From assembly GCA_964467615.1 (NCBI GenBank), contig CAYXRK010000003.1, positions 14,624 to 78,623 on the forward strand: a DNA stretch of 64,000 bases, written 5' to 3'. The notes under the pieces were generated by a model. That model made no database searches, was not told where the DNA came from, and saw only the letters and a program-made list of their open reading frames with translations. Of this stretch, positions 39,478 through 49,028 are shown one piece after another (within the stretch, counting starts at the first letter, position 1; each line of letters starts with the position of its first letter). The translations under genes were made by a program, and so were the position numbers. Origin of the DNA: an uncultured Nitrospirales bacterium (GTDB lineage Bacteria > Hydrogenedentota > Hydrogenedentia > Hydrogenedentales > GCA-2746185).

Positions 39478-41139
39478 ATGATCGCCGCGGCGGCGCTGAT
39501 GCTGTGTGCATTGACCGCGTTCGAGGCGCGGCTCGCGCCCTTGTATCCGTTACCATTGGTGTACGACGACGAGCCTCTCGCGCTGGAGATCACGGCGAGC
39601 GAATCGATCGCGGCGGCGTTGCGTGTCGTCGTGACGGACCCTGCGGGATCCAAGCAGGTATTCGACCGGAACGATCTCCTATTGCAAGCGGGTGCGCCGC
39701 AATGGCTAAGTATCCACATTGCGGGCGACACAATCGGTCCGTTCAAAGTCCAGGTTATTGCCGGCGAAACTCCCCTAGGCGGCCCGATCGAGTTCGCGCG
39801 GATCCCGCGTGATGCACCGCCGCCGAACAACTTGGCCTTCGCCTGCGCGGCATCGGTCGATGAGCGTCTGGCGCAGGCCCTGTACTACATGGGGATTCGC
39901 CGCGTATTGGTGAACACGACGGAGGCCGGGGAGTCCGAAGGGCAGTTCAACGCCGAGCGGGAATGTCTTGATATTCGGGTTGAGAGGGGAGGGGCGTTAC
40001 GCGCCGAGTCTGGTCGCGATAGCAATCTGGGGGCGCCCGCCAAGGCAAAAGTTGAGTTTCTTTCACCGGAGCACGATCTAGCAACGGCAGCGCTGGAATC
40101 CGACACGTTGTTCATCGTGTCCGCTGGGGACCTCGCGCCGTATCGCGCGAAACTCGAGGCGGCGGGCATCGAACGCCCCAACCTGGCGCGCCTCCTCGCC
40201 GATAGCGACCAGACGGATTCGTCAATCGTTTCCGACCTGCTCCGAAGCGCGCCGGGACGCGAGGCGCAGGACGGGGTGGTCCTCGACCAGCTGATGGATC
40301 GCCCCGGCTTCGCCTCCGTGTTGTCGGCATTTCGCGCGGCGAGCGTCAGGCTTCGCAACGCGCGGTGCGTTGGCGAGACGACCGTCAGCAAGGAGCTTGT
40401 CGCGCCGCTGTTCTGCGAAGGGCCGGACCATTGGCTACTCGTTCTCGCCGGGACCGGATCGGTCCCGCTTGGAACCGGCGAAGCGCAACTCGACGGCGCG
40501 TGGGACGCATGGAACAATCCGATTGATCTCGCCGACGGTGATGAAGGACAGGTCACGGTACCGTTGAGCGGGGGCCTGGCGTATGTGAGAGGCGCCGGTG
40601 GCGGACGTCTTCGCGAGGCGTCCCAGGCGGCGTTGCGAGAAGATATCCGGGGTCTTCTCGCGCTGCCCGAGACGAAAGAAATACTCACGATCGACTTCGC
40701 CACTGCGATCGGTCGGATGCCGGACGAGGTGGACACCGAGGCGAGGCGCTTCACGTTTTTCGCCGCGTTGCAGCGCTTTCCGGACATCGAAGCGCGCGTG
40801 TATTCGGGCCAACTTGCCCCGGCGAAGGCGATACCTTTTCTTGCCGCGTTGGCGCGGATCGTCCGCTCCGCATGCGCGCTCGAGCAACACACTGGCACGC
40901 CGTTTCTCGAACCGGCCGCTGAAACGTTGGCGCGATGCAAGGACTATCAAACCGCGTACTTGGGAAGCGCGACGACCGGGGACTGGCCCCGCGGCGATTG
41001 GATTCACGCCGAGGCCGACCGTCTGATGGCGGAAGCCCGCGCGTTGGCGGACGACGGTTTCGAAATCGAGGCGGCGGGCGTTGCCGCTATCGCCGAATGG
41101 CGTGCGCGCGCCCTTCAACTGGCGGGGCACACGCCGTAG
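39478..41139 (+). CDS. hypothetical protein (553 aa) with an N-terminal signal/anchor
   Basis: Good coding periodicity and length, but no recognisable motifs. Followed by a GC-rich hairpin (gtccgcgcgagttcgcggggcggac) at 41148-41172. Confidence 0.5.
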   Translation: MIAAAALMLCALTAFEARLAPLYPLPLVYDDEPLALEITASESIAAALRVVVTDPAGSKQVFDRNDLLLQAGAPQWLSIHIAGDTIGPFKVQVIAGETPLGGPIEFARIPRDAPPPNNLAFACAASVDERLAQALYYMGIRRVLVNTTEAGESEGQFNAERECLDIRVERGGALRAESGRDSNLGAPAKAKVEFLSPEHDLATAALESDTLFIVSAGDLAPYRAKLEAAGIERPNLARLLADSDQTDSSIVSDLLRSAPGREAQDGVVLDQLMDRPGFASVLSAFRAASVRLRNARCVGETTVSKELVAPLFCEGPDHWLLVLAGTGSVPLGTGEAQLDGAWDAWNNPIDLADGDEGQVTVPLSGGLAYVRGAGGGRLREASQAALREDIRGLLALPETKEILTIDFATAIGRMPDEVDTEARRFTFFAALQRFPDIEARVYSGQLAPAKAIPFLAALARIVRSACALEQHTGTPFLEPAAETLARCKDYQTAYLGSATTGDWPRGDWIHAEADRLMAEARALADDGFEIEAAGVAAIAEWRARALQLAGHTP

Positions 41140-41289
41140 TAACGCGGTCCGCGCGAGTTCGCGGGGCGGACGATACGATCGGATTCACCGCTGACGCCTT
41201 TTTGACGGCGGCTCGGATCGCCTTCATCCGTGTGGTACGATCGGTTCTGCTGTTCGTCGCACATCTACGAAACCATAGGCTGAAGACGC

Positions 41290-42129
41290 ATGAAATTTTT
41301 CTTCGTTCGCATGCTCGTGTTGTTGATTGTTGCGTCATTCGCGGGCGCGGCCCAGGAGTTTCCCGCGACGTACGAGGAGTTGGTGGGGGAGATTGCCGAG
41401 GAGGCCGTGAAGCCGCACGGCTGGTCCGCGAAATTCGACATGTCCGCGTCGTTGGGCCCAACGCCGATGAACGCCAGAGGGGTGATGGCGGGGCGCGGGA
41501 AAATGTTGGTGACGAAGATGGACATGAAGGTGGGGCCCCAGCAGGTCAGAAGGGTAATGGTGGTGGATGAAGATGGAGTCAGTTGGATGGAGGCCGGCGT
41601 GCTGGGGCAAGTGCAGGTGCGCAAGATGGACTTGCGCTCGCTTGGCGCGAAGTCGGAGGACGCGGCGTATGCGGCGATGCTGTTCGAGCAGGCCTCGGGC
41701 GCGCCGCTGGGACTGGGCCAGCCGCCGCTCGATATGTTGGAGGGGTTCGAGCGGAACTACACGTTGACCGTTACGGGCGCGGAGACGATGGACGACGCGA
41801 AAGTGTACGTGTTGGAAGGACGGGTAAAGGAAGGGTCGTTGTCCACCCCGGAGTCGCCGGCGGACGTAAGCACGACGCCCTTCGCGGCGGTCAGACTTTG
41901 GGTGGACGCCAAGACCGGGTTCGGACGGCGGGTGGCGGCGGCGGACACCACGGGGAAGGCGGTGCTCTCGTTCACGTTTAGCGACGTCGATATGAATGCA
42001 TCGCTCGGGCCGGACACATTTGACTATACGCCGCCGCAAGGCGCGGTGGTGCAAGATGTGACCGAGAGCGTCCGCAAGGAAATGGAACGGCGCCAGCCTC
42101 AGCAACCCGCGAAGGCGCAGCAGCAGTAG
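41290..42129 (+). CDS. hypothetical secreted protein, LolA-like / outer-membrane lipoprotein carrier fold candidate
   Basis: Signal peptide (MKFFFVRMLVLLIVASFAGAA). ~260-aa beta-rich sequence with a 'TGKAVLSFTFSDVDMNASLGPDTFDYTPPQGA' C-terminus resembling LolA-like/DUF4292 proteins. Confidence 0.4.
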   Translation: MKFFFVRMLVLLIVASFAGAAQEFPATYEELVGEIAEEAVKPHGWSAKFDMSASLGPTPMNARGVMAGRGKMLVTKMDMKVGPQQVRRVMVVDEDGVSWMEAGVLGQVQVRKMDLRSLGAKSEDAAYAAMLFEQASGAPLGLGQPPLDMLEGFERNYTLTVTGAETMDDAKVYVLEGRVKEGSLSTPESPADVSTTPFAAVRLWVDAKTGFGRRVAAADTTGKAVLSFTFSDVDMNASLGPDTFDYTPPQGAVVQDVTESVRKEMERRQPQQPAKAQQQ

Positions 42130-42135
42130 ACAGCG

Positions 42136-42477
42136 ATGCTTTTTCGGGACGACGACCAACTGCTCGCGCAGTGTGAGGTACAGACGTACCGATCCAGCGG
42201 GCCGGGCGGTCAGAACGTCAATCGGCGCGAGACCGCGGTGCGGCTGACACATGTGCCTTCCGGGATCGTCGTGACCTGCCAGGAAGAGCGCTCGCAATAC
42301 ATGAACAAGCGGCGCGCGCTCGAGCGGCTGCGCCGGAGGCTGGCCGACCAAGCGCGGCGCGCGAAGCCTCGGATAGCGTCGGGCGTGCCGAAGGCGGTGA
42401 AGCGGCGCGTGGTCGACGAGAAGCGCCGGCTATCGGTGAAGAAACGGCTGAGACGGGGGCCGGTTGGGGAGGAGTAA
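42136..42477 (+). CDS. arfB: ribosome-associated peptidyl-tRNA hydrolase ArfB (YaeJ) family, GGQ release-factor-like protein
   Basis: '[29 protein letters not shown]' contains the GGQ motif, followed by a basic C-terminal tail ([19 protein letters not shown]). 113 aa. Confidence 0.8.
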   Translation: MLFRDDDQLLAQCEVQTYRSSGPGGQNVNRRETAVRLTHVPSGIVVTCQEERSQYMNKRRALERLRRRLADQARRAKPRIASGVPKAVKRRVVDEKRRLSVKKRLRRGPVGEE

Positions 42478-42484
42478 TGCCTCG

Positions 42485-43093
42485 CTAATGTACGACGATT
42501 CGTTGCTCGATGATCTCGCCATCGCCGAGGTCCAAAGGGACCGTCTCAGCGGGAACGGCGTCATCGCCCCCGACGAACACGAGCAGATACACCGGCCCGG
42601 CTGGGAGATACCGAATCGTAAATCGCCCGTCGACCAGTGTCGGCACCTGGTTGAACTCCTGTCCGCCGTCCGCGCCTGAATACGTGGCACTCGCGCGGCC
42701 CGACACGGGTCCGCCCGATTCGTCCACCACGATACCGTTGATCTGACTCGCGCCGCTCGCAAACATGATGTCCAGTTGCGCCGGTGTACCCTCGTGGACC
42801 TCCACGCGATCCTTGCGATCTTTCCAAAGATGGCCCCAATCGGCGAGCAGATTTGCGCCGATGTAGCGCTCTCCCGGATTCACGTTGTCGACTGTATACA
42901 CGCCGTCCTCGGCATCGACCGCGTTGCGCAGGATGCGGTTGCACGTCGAATACACGAGCGATGCATGCCGGTCCACGATCTCCTTGAACGCACGCGCGTC
43001 GCGGTGCGCGTTCCACCGCTCAAACAATTCGATGCTGGATTCCGATCCGACCACGTTGTCCGCTCCACGACGGTCGTGTATTGCGTTCTGCAC
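42485..43093 (-). pseudogene. chimeric ORF: ~60-aa ECF sigma-70 region-2 N-terminal fragment joined to an unrelated beta-sandwich (CarboxypepD_reg-like) C-terminus
   Basis: 'SSIELFERWNAHRDARAFKEIVDRHASLVYSTCNRILRNAVDAED' matches the start of ECF sigma region 2, but homology stops right after 'AED'. The rest (..INGIVVDESGGPVSGRAS..RFTIRYLPAGPVYLLV) looks like a regulatory beta-sandwich domain. Confidence 0.4.
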
Positions 43094-43223
43094 GTATGTC
43101 GTCGCCGCTCGGTCGGATTATGCGCGCCGTGAGTGAACGGGGGAAGGGATCCGGGTTCGAAAGATCCTCAGCCTTCAGATCACACCATGCCGACCACGAC
43201 TGCGCCGGGCCTCGCCCTGACGG

Positions 43224-44120
43224 TCATTTGCCGCTTACGTCCGAGACCTTCCGGCCCAGCCGCTCGATAGCCTTGTCGATGTCGGTTTCCGCAAACGCGA
43301 GATAGAGGACTTCCGATTTAATTTTCGCTCCCGGCTCGACGGTAACGGGCGGATCGAAAATCGTCGCCGCGCGAAATACGTGCATCGCACCCGAAGCGTC
43401 TCGATCCGATGCATCGATTTGGCCCAGACCTTGGCCCGCGGTGATGAAGGCGGCAACGAACACGCGGCCCGATTGACCGCGCGCGAATATCAGCGGCCGA
43501 TTGGCGAGCGAAATGTCGTGCAGCGGTTCACCCTCCGGCGTTATTAAGTCGCCCGGGCCTAGATGCAGCGCGCCTTTCGTTTCGGGTCCCACGCACCAGG
43601 GCAGCAACGCGCGCACGCGGACCGCCTTCTTCGTCGTGTTCGTGTACGCGACTTGCACGGCGAAGAACGGCTGCGACGGATACACGCGCAAGGCCCACTC
43701 GGTGCTCTTATGCGCGATAACTACGCCGTTGCCGCGGCCGAGTTTGTCGTCCACGGCGAAACGGCCGCCCCAGCGGCCGTCGACCTGGAGCTTCTCCGCC
43801 GCGTCCTCGCCCTCGAACCAGACCATGGGGAAGACGTTTTCGAAAATGAGTTCGCCATTGGCCAAGGCGACGTCAACGCGGCCGTTCTTTTGAATCGCAA
43901 TTTCGTAGAGTTCGGTGTTAAGCGAGCGAAACTCCCGACCGGGGCGATATGTGGGGAACTGCGCGGAAGCGCGCCCGGCGAACAGTGTTGCCAGTAGAAT
44001 CCCGATGATTGATTGCTTGATCGTAGAGGCCCGAAGTAACACGTCGATCCAATAGTCGATATCGAGCGACCAGCCGCCGGTGGCGAGCGCGCGGTACGTC
44101 TTTTCCGTTGACAGGTTCAT
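43224..44120 (-). CDS. hypothetical secreted protein
   Basis: Start set at ATG 44120 (MNLSTEK...), which yields a signal peptide (IIGILLATLFAGRASA|QF). No known motifs. Confidence 0.5.
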   Translation of the reverse strand: MNLSTEKTYRALATGGWSLDIDYWIDVLLRASTIKQSIIGILLATLFAGRASAQFPTYRPGREFRSLNTELYEIAIQKNGRVDVALANGELIFENVFPMVWFEGEDAAEKLQVDGRWGGRFAVDDKLGRGNGVVIAHKSTEWALRVYPSQPFFAVQVAYTNTTKKAVRVRALLPWCVGPETKGALHLGPGDLITPEGEPLHDISLANRPLIFARGQSGRVFVAAFITAGQGLGQIDASDRDASGAMHVFRAATIFDPPVTVEPGAKIKSEVLYLAFAETDIDKAIERLGRKVSDVSGK

Positions 44121-44250
44121 GCTCCGGAAGGTGAATATCGGAGTGTACCCGCGGGTCCCACGCCATACAACACACTGGAAACCCTGGCGGCAATCCGATA
44201 GTCTGACCCGTTGCTGGGGCGATTTCCGCCCTTCACGCGGGGTGTTACCT

Positions 44251-45216
44251 ATGAAACGCGGCTGTCTGATTGGGTGCCTGATCGTCTTCGGGCTGTTCGC
44301 CCTCATGATTGTCGTCGTCGGTTTCGTTGCGGACTCGATGTTCAATTTGTTCCAGCCGCTGCCTCCGGTGGACCTGGCCGCCGCCTACGGAACCGAGCAC
44401 GCGATCGTTTTTCGGATGGACATGAACAACGAGCAACTGCGCGAGATGGCGGGGAAAGCGCTTGATCAAGGGCCCGGAATGCTCGAATTTTTCTGGCCGC
44501 ATCAGTTGTACTTCTTCATGGACGCGAACGCCGAGGCGAAAACGCGATCACTCGGGTTCGCCTTGAGCACTCGGCGCATGGCGAAGCTGTGGGGTTGGAT
44601 ATTGCCAATACCGGACGAGAAGGACGTAGGCAGCGGTCTCGTAATCCAAGAAATCAGCGTCGACGACAACGGTGTGATCCAGGCGAGCGCGGACGGACCC
44701 ACGCGCGAGGAAGACCTCGCGACGCTCGCGTCCACGTGGGCCGCACCATTCGACGTCGAACCGCTCGCGCTCGAGGGCGGGCACTTCATGGAATTGGTCA
44801 TCAACAATCGGAACGGCGAGGCGTTTCTCGCCGTAGCGCCTTGGGCCGAAGACATCGATTGGGACGAGGCCGCAAAATCCTCGTTCACCAAGGAGCATCT
44901 CGACGCGCTTCATACCGGTATCGCGACGGCGCGGGTCACGGGCGACATGGCGGGTAAAGAGACGTTGCAGTTCGAGGTGCTTGCCATCGCGCCGGACGAC
45001 GAACGCGCCGCGAAAGTAGCGGAGGCGTTGAGCGCACTGACGGCGTTGATGGCCGAAGACCTTAAGGAGCACGACTCGAAGGTCACGTTCGAGGCGCTGG
45101 TAGAGCAGCAGGGCAGCGAAGTGCACGCGACCATCACGATGGGCGAATACGGCGACGTGCTCGTCGATCGATCGAAGGAACGGATCGACGAAATCGAAGT
45201 GCAGATCGGACCGTGA
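44251..45216 (+). CDS. hypothetical membrane-anchored protein
   Basis: Start at ATG 44251 (MKRGCLIGCLIVFGLFALMIVVVGFV is a TM anchor). Diverges from the preceding gene across a 130-bp intergenic region. Confidence 0.5.
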   Translation: MKRGCLIGCLIVFGLFALMIVVVGFVADSMFNLFQPLPPVDLAAAYGTEHAIVFRMDMNNEQLREMAGKALDQGPGMLEFFWPHQLYFFMDANAEAKTRSLGFALSTRRMAKLWGWILPIPDEKDVGSGLVIQEISVDDNGVIQASADGPTREEDLATLASTWAAPFDVEPLALEGGHFMELVINNRNGEAFLAVAPWAEDIDWDEAAKSSFTKEHLDALHTGIATARVTGDMAGKETLQFEVLAIAPDDERAAKVAEALSALTALMAEDLKEHDSKVTFEALVEQQGSEVHATITMGEYGDVLVDRSKERIDEIEVQIGP

Positions 45217-45229
45217 TCGTTGCGGCCCG

Positions 45230-46075
45230 TTAAACGACGAACCGCCAAACATCGCCGTCGGGAACAATCTTGCCCGCGGTCGGCGCGTAGAAATGAGTGC
45301 CGATGACAAGCGTCGGCGAATTCGCGTAACGGCGCATGAAGTCCTTGCGGGTCGTTCTCGCCAGGGCGGTGTCACAATCCGGAAGGCTCACCCAGTCCGG
45401 CTTCGCCATCTGCACGGGATGGTGCATGAGATCGCCGGTGATGACGGCCTCGACCCCCTGGCTGGAAATGTGCACCGACGCATGCCCTGGCGTGTGGCCT
45501 GGTGTCGGTTCGAGCCAGACTTCGTCGGTGATGCGATGATTGGTCTCGACCAGCGTGTGAAGGCCCGCGTCGACGACGGGCCGCACCGATTGCTCCATGA
45601 GAATCGCCGCGAACTTGTCCTGCGTGGCGTTCCAATGCGTCCACTCGATGCGCCCGAACAGATAGCTCGCCTTGGGAAACGTCGGTGTCCACTTGCCGTC
45701 AATGAGCATCGTGTTCCAGCCCACGTGGTCCATGTGCAAATGAGTACACAGCACCGTGTCGATGCTCTCGCGCGCGTAACCCGCCGCCTCGAACTCGCGC
45801 AGAAACGGCCCGCGCCGGTTCGCCCAGAACTTGACGGGCAGCGTCTTATCGTTACCGATGCACGTGTCCACCATGATGCGGCGGCCCTGCGACTCGACGA
45901 CAAACGTCGCCACGCTCGCCATCGCCTCGAATTCCCCGTTCACGAAATGCGGCCGCAGCCAGGGAATCTGCCGCAGGTTGTCCGGTATCGCATCGGGCAA
46001 CACGAACCGAAGGCCCGGCCCCTCGAGCTCGACCACCCGCGTGATCGTGACGTCACCAATCTTCCAACGGAGCAT
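45230..46075 (-). CDS. MBL-fold metallo-hydrolase, N-acyl-homoserine-lactonase (AiiB/AttM)-like
   Basis: 'VLCTHLHMDHVGWN' (HxHxDH), 'PTPGHTPGHASVHI', 'ITGDLMHHP'. Start at ATG 46075, which has a GGGAGA SD 8 nt upstream. Confidence 0.7.
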   Translation of the reverse strand: MLRWKIGDVTITRVVELEGPGLRFVLPDAIPDNLRQIPWLRPHFVNGEFEAMASVATFVVESQGRRIMVDTCIGNDKTLPVKFWANRRGPFLREFEAAGYARESIDTVLCTHLHMDHVGWNTMLIDGKWTPTFPKASYLFGRIEWTHWNATQDKFAAILMEQSVRPVVDAGLHTLVETNHRITDEVWLEPTPGHTPGHASVHISSQGVEAVITGDLMHHPVQMAKPDWVSLPDCDTALARTTRKDFMRRYANSPTLVIGTHFYAPTAGKIVPDGDVWRFVV

Positions 46076-46167
46076 GGATGCGTTCTCCCGATTCGAAAAC
46101 TCGAACAAACTTCCTATGAAGCGCATGTGGGGCAGCCGCCCTCGGCTGCCCACCCTGGCATCTCCAG

Positions 46168-46533
46168 TCAATCGGGATAGCCGAACCACAATAACCCAAA
46201 GATAACGGCGGCGATCACAACGTTCGTGATCGTGTGCTTCGGGCGTAGGTCGCCAAAAATCGCGTAGTTGCCCCAAAAGCCCCCGCCCACGAATGCGGCC
46301 AACGCGACACCGCCCGCGCGCACCGCCCAAAGTTGGCCCAATGCGGAGCCGATGCCAGTGACCAGGAGCGCCACGCTAACGACAAGCAGACCCAACGCCG
46401 TCCGCCGCGCTACGGCATCGCTCGCGATCACATCCGGCCAATTCTTCGGCGCGCCTCGCCAAAGAGCCTTGGCCCCAAACCCGCAGCCCAACCCCACGAG
46501 AACCATCAAGATTCCAGCAAGTATCAGATACAT
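46168..46533 (-). CDS. hypothetical membrane protein (4 TM)
   Basis: 121 aa; hydrophobic helices throughout (MYLILAGILMVLVGLGCGF...). Confidence 0.45.
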   Translation of the reverse strand: MYLILAGILMVLVGLGCGFGAKALWRGAPKNWPDVIASDAVARRTALGLLVVSVALLVTGIGSALGQLWAVRAGGVALAAFVGGGFWGNYAIFGDLRPKHTITNVVIAAVIFGLLWFGYPD

Positions 46534-46581
46534 TGCCTCTCCCCTTCGCGAAAGGAAACTACCACGGCGAGTGAAGGCCGA

Positions 46582-46797
46582 TCACGCGAAAATAATAATC
46601 ACTGCGAGCGCAGCGACGCTCAGCACGATGAGGAGGATGTTAATCGCGAGCAACACACGCGGAGACTTACCTGCCGCCCGTTCCTCGATGCGGAGGTGGT
46701 CGTCGTCTCCCCATAACAACTTGGCCCCGCCGAACAAGGCTAGCAACCACTCCAGACCGGGCCAATAAAATCCGAGCCAACGAAATGAGCGTCTCAT
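46582..46797 (-). CDS. small hypothetical membrane protein (71 aa)
   Basis: ATG at 46797 gives 'MRRSFRWLGFYWPGLEWLLALFGG...LLAINILLIVLSVAALAVIIIFA', with two TM helices. Confidence 0.35.
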   Translation of the reverse strand: MRRSFRWLGFYWPGLEWLLALFGGAKLLWGDDDHLRIEERAAGKSPRVLLAINILLIVLSVAALAVIIIFA

Positions 46798-46880
46798 ATG
46801 GTCGTTTCCATGTGTCGCGCGAAGTATTATGAACGCCTTAACTGTTGAAACGAAGTCGTGATGGATGAATACGCCAAACG

Positions 46881-47840
46881 ATGTCGATAGAGGTTGACAC
46901 CCCGCCAAGTCTCGCCGACATCCGCGCCGCAGCGGCGCGCATCGCGCCATACGCCCACCGGACACCCGTGCTGACCTGCGCCTCGCTCGATGCGATAACC
47001 GGCGCGAACCTGTTCTTCAAATGCGAGAACTTCCAAAAGGCCGGCGCGTTCAAATTCCGCGGCGCGTGCAACGCGGTGTTCTCATTGCCAGACGACGCGG
47101 CGGCGCGGGGTGTCGTGACGCACTCTTCCGGCAATCACGCTGCGGCGCTCGCGCTGGCGGCGAGGCTCCGCGGAACGACGGCCCGCATCGTGATGCCCAA
47201 CAACGCACCCGAGGTGAAGAAGGCCGCCGTCGCGGGCTACGGCGGCACGATTACGTTCTGCGAGCCGACCCTCGCCGCGCGCGAGAGCACTACGGCGCGC
47301 ATCATCGACGAAACGGGCGCGGAGCTTGTGCATCCGTACAACGACTATCGCGTAATCGCCGGCCAAGCGACCGCCGCGCTTGAACTAATCGAAGACGGGC
47401 CGGACTTGGACGTGATCATGGCGCCGGTCGGGGGCGGCGGACTGCTCGCCGGCACGGCGCTGAGCGCTAACTATCTATCGTCCAAGACGCGCGTGATCGC
47501 GGCAGAACCATCCGGCGCGGACGATGCACGGCGCTCGCTCGAAGCGGGCCGCATCATTCCCTCCGAAGCGCCGAAAACAATCGCGGACGGATTATTGACC
47601 TCTCTGGGCGACAAGACGTTTCCGATCATTCAGAAATACGTTAGCGCAATCCATACGGTATCGGACGGCGAGATTTCGGCAGCGATGCGGCTGGTGTGGG
47701 AACGAATGAAAATCGTGATCGAGCCCTCCGCCGCGGTGCCGTTGGCGTCCGTGCTCGAGCGGAAATTCGACCCAAGCGGACTCCGCATCGGAATCATCCT
47801 TTCAGGCGGCAACGTCGACCTTGGACGGCTGCCGTTCTGA
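46881..47840 (+). CDS. PLP-dependent threonine/serine dehydratase family enzyme (serine racemase / threo-3-hydroxyaspartate dehydratase-like)
   Basis: PLP-lysine motif 'FFKCENFQKAGAFKFRGA', 'SSGNHAAALA', glycine-rich 'MAPVGGGGLLAG'. 319 aa. Confidence 0.75.
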   Translation: MSIEVDTPPSLADIRAAAARIAPYAHRTPVLTCASLDAITGANLFFKCENFQKAGAFKFRGACNAVFSLPDDAAARGVVTHSSGNHAAALALAARLRGTTARIVMPNNAPEVKKAAVAGYGGTITFCEPTLAARESTTARIIDETGAELVHPYNDYRVIAGQATAALELIEDGPDLDVIMAPVGGGGLLAGTALSANYLSSKTRVIAAEPSGADDARRSLEAGRIIPSEAPKTIADGLLTSLGDKTFPIIQKYVSAIHTVSDGEISAAMRLVWERMKIVIEPSAAVPLASVLERKFDPSGLRIGIILSGGNVDLGRLPF

Positions 47841-47876
47841 CCGAGACAGATGGCTACCAGCTCCGCTAACCCGCTG

Positions 47877-47905
47877 TTGATCACGGTTTCAACGCACCCT
47901 ATAAT
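47877..47905 (+). promoter_or_regulatory. sigma70-type promoter of tRNA-Ala: -35 TTGATC, 17-nt spacer, -10 TATAAT
   Basis: Read directly: ttgatc (47877-82), 17 nt, tataat (47900-05). The tRNA 5' end is 13 nt downstream of the -10. Confidence 0.6.
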
Positions 47906-47918
47906 CCTTCGCTCGTGT

Positions 47919-47995
47919 GGGGCCGTAGCTCAGTTTGGGAGAGCGCATGACTGGCAGTCATGAGGTCGAGGGTTCGATCCCCTTCGGCTCCACCA
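47919..47995 (+). tRNA. tRNA-Ala (anticodon GGC)
   Basis: Cloverleaf readable by eye. Acceptor stem ggggccg/cggctcc with the G3:U70 Ala identity pair, D-arm gctc-agtttggga-gagc, anticodon stem catga/tcatg with loop ctGGCag, T-arm gaggg-ttcgatc-ccctt, discriminator A, encoded CCA. Confidence 0.9.
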
Positions 47996-48194
47996 TTTAT
48001 AAGTACCGCTGAAACGCGAACTTTGCGTTACCCGTCAACCTGACGGTGCGGCCATACCCCTTAGGCTCATTCGGACAAGGTGTCCGAACAAGACCTTGGA
48101 GGCCGTACCAATGACCGCGTTTCGCACCCCACGCACCCCAAAACTCCGCCGCCATTCTTCCGGCTCGGCATTCGTCGAAATCGCCCGTCGAAAA

Positions 48195-48224
48195 TTGACC
48201 CTTCCCGGTGTAATTTCATATACT
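48195..48224 (+). promoter_or_regulatory. candidate sigma70-type promoter in the rpsD leader: -35 TTGACC, 18-nt spacer, -10 TATACT
   Basis: ttgacc 48195-48200 and tatact 48219-48224, ~120 nt upstream of the rpsD ATG. The long leader is consistent with S4 autoregulatory leaders. Confidence 0.4.
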
Positions 48225-48343
48225 GTTTCGCTTTGGCCCCGGCGAATTGCTTTCAGGGTATCTCTCCGCCAGGGCTTCTACTTGGTCGTAACTGGACGGA
48301 TACCCGCGCAAAAGCGTCCACCAACAGAAGGGACAGCCATCAC

Positions 48344-48952
48344 ATGGCACGAAAGATCGGACCCAAGCACCGCCTTTGCCGGCGGCTGGGCAAATGCATC
48401 TGGGACAGCCCGCGTTGCCCCAGCGTCAAGCGGGGTTTCGCCCCCGGTCAACACGGCGACAACCAGCGAAAAAAGCTGTCGGTGTATGGCCGCCAACTCC
48501 AAGAGAAACAAAAAATCCGCACGCACTACGGCCTGCTCGAACGGCAAATGCGTAAGACGTTCAAGGAAGCGCAGCGCATGGGCGGCGTTACCGGCTCGAA
48601 CCTGCTCATGCTGCTCGAGTCCCGGCTCGACTGCGTGATCTACCGCATGGGCTGGGCCAACAGCATCGCCGGCGCGCGCCAACTCGTCAACCACGGCCAC
48701 GTGCTCGTCAACGGTAAGAAGGTGACCATCCCGTCGTGTCGCGTGATGCCGCAGGCGGCCGTCGCCATCGCGGAGAAGGGCCGCAAGATTCCGATGATTG
48801 CGAACGGCGCGCAAGCGTCACACCACCCGATCCCGGAATTCCTGGATCGTGCGCCAGACTCCTTCGAGGGCCGCATGTCCGCAACGCCGAATCCCGAAAC
48901 GATTCCGTTCCGCGCCGACATGCTCGCCGTCATCGGGTTCTACTCGCGCTAA
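48344..48952 (+). CDS. rpsD: 30S ribosomal protein S4
   Basis: 'MARKIGPKHRLCRRLG...RQLQEKQKIRTHYGLLERQMRKTF...RLDCVIYRMGWANSIAGARQLVNHGHVLVNGKKV' is the S4 N-terminal domain plus the S4 RNA-binding domain. Start at ATG 48344; the track ORF 48080 extends through the leader. Confidence 0.95.
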   Translation: MARKIGPKHRLCRRLGKCIWDSPRCPSVKRGFAPGQHGDNQRKKLSVYGRQLQEKQKIRTHYGLLERQMRKTFKEAQRMGGVTGSNLLMLLESRLDCVIYRMGWANSIAGARQLVNHGHVLVNGKKVTIPSCRVMPQAAVAIAEKGRKIPMIANGAQASHHPIPEFLDRAPDSFEGRMSATPNPETIPFRADMLAVIGFYSR

Positions 48953-49028
48953 CACTATCAGTTCCAGTTTAGGCGGGCCGGGCGCGTCCCGGTCCGCCTT
49001 TTTTGTGTCTGGCATAGGCGTTTTCGTC

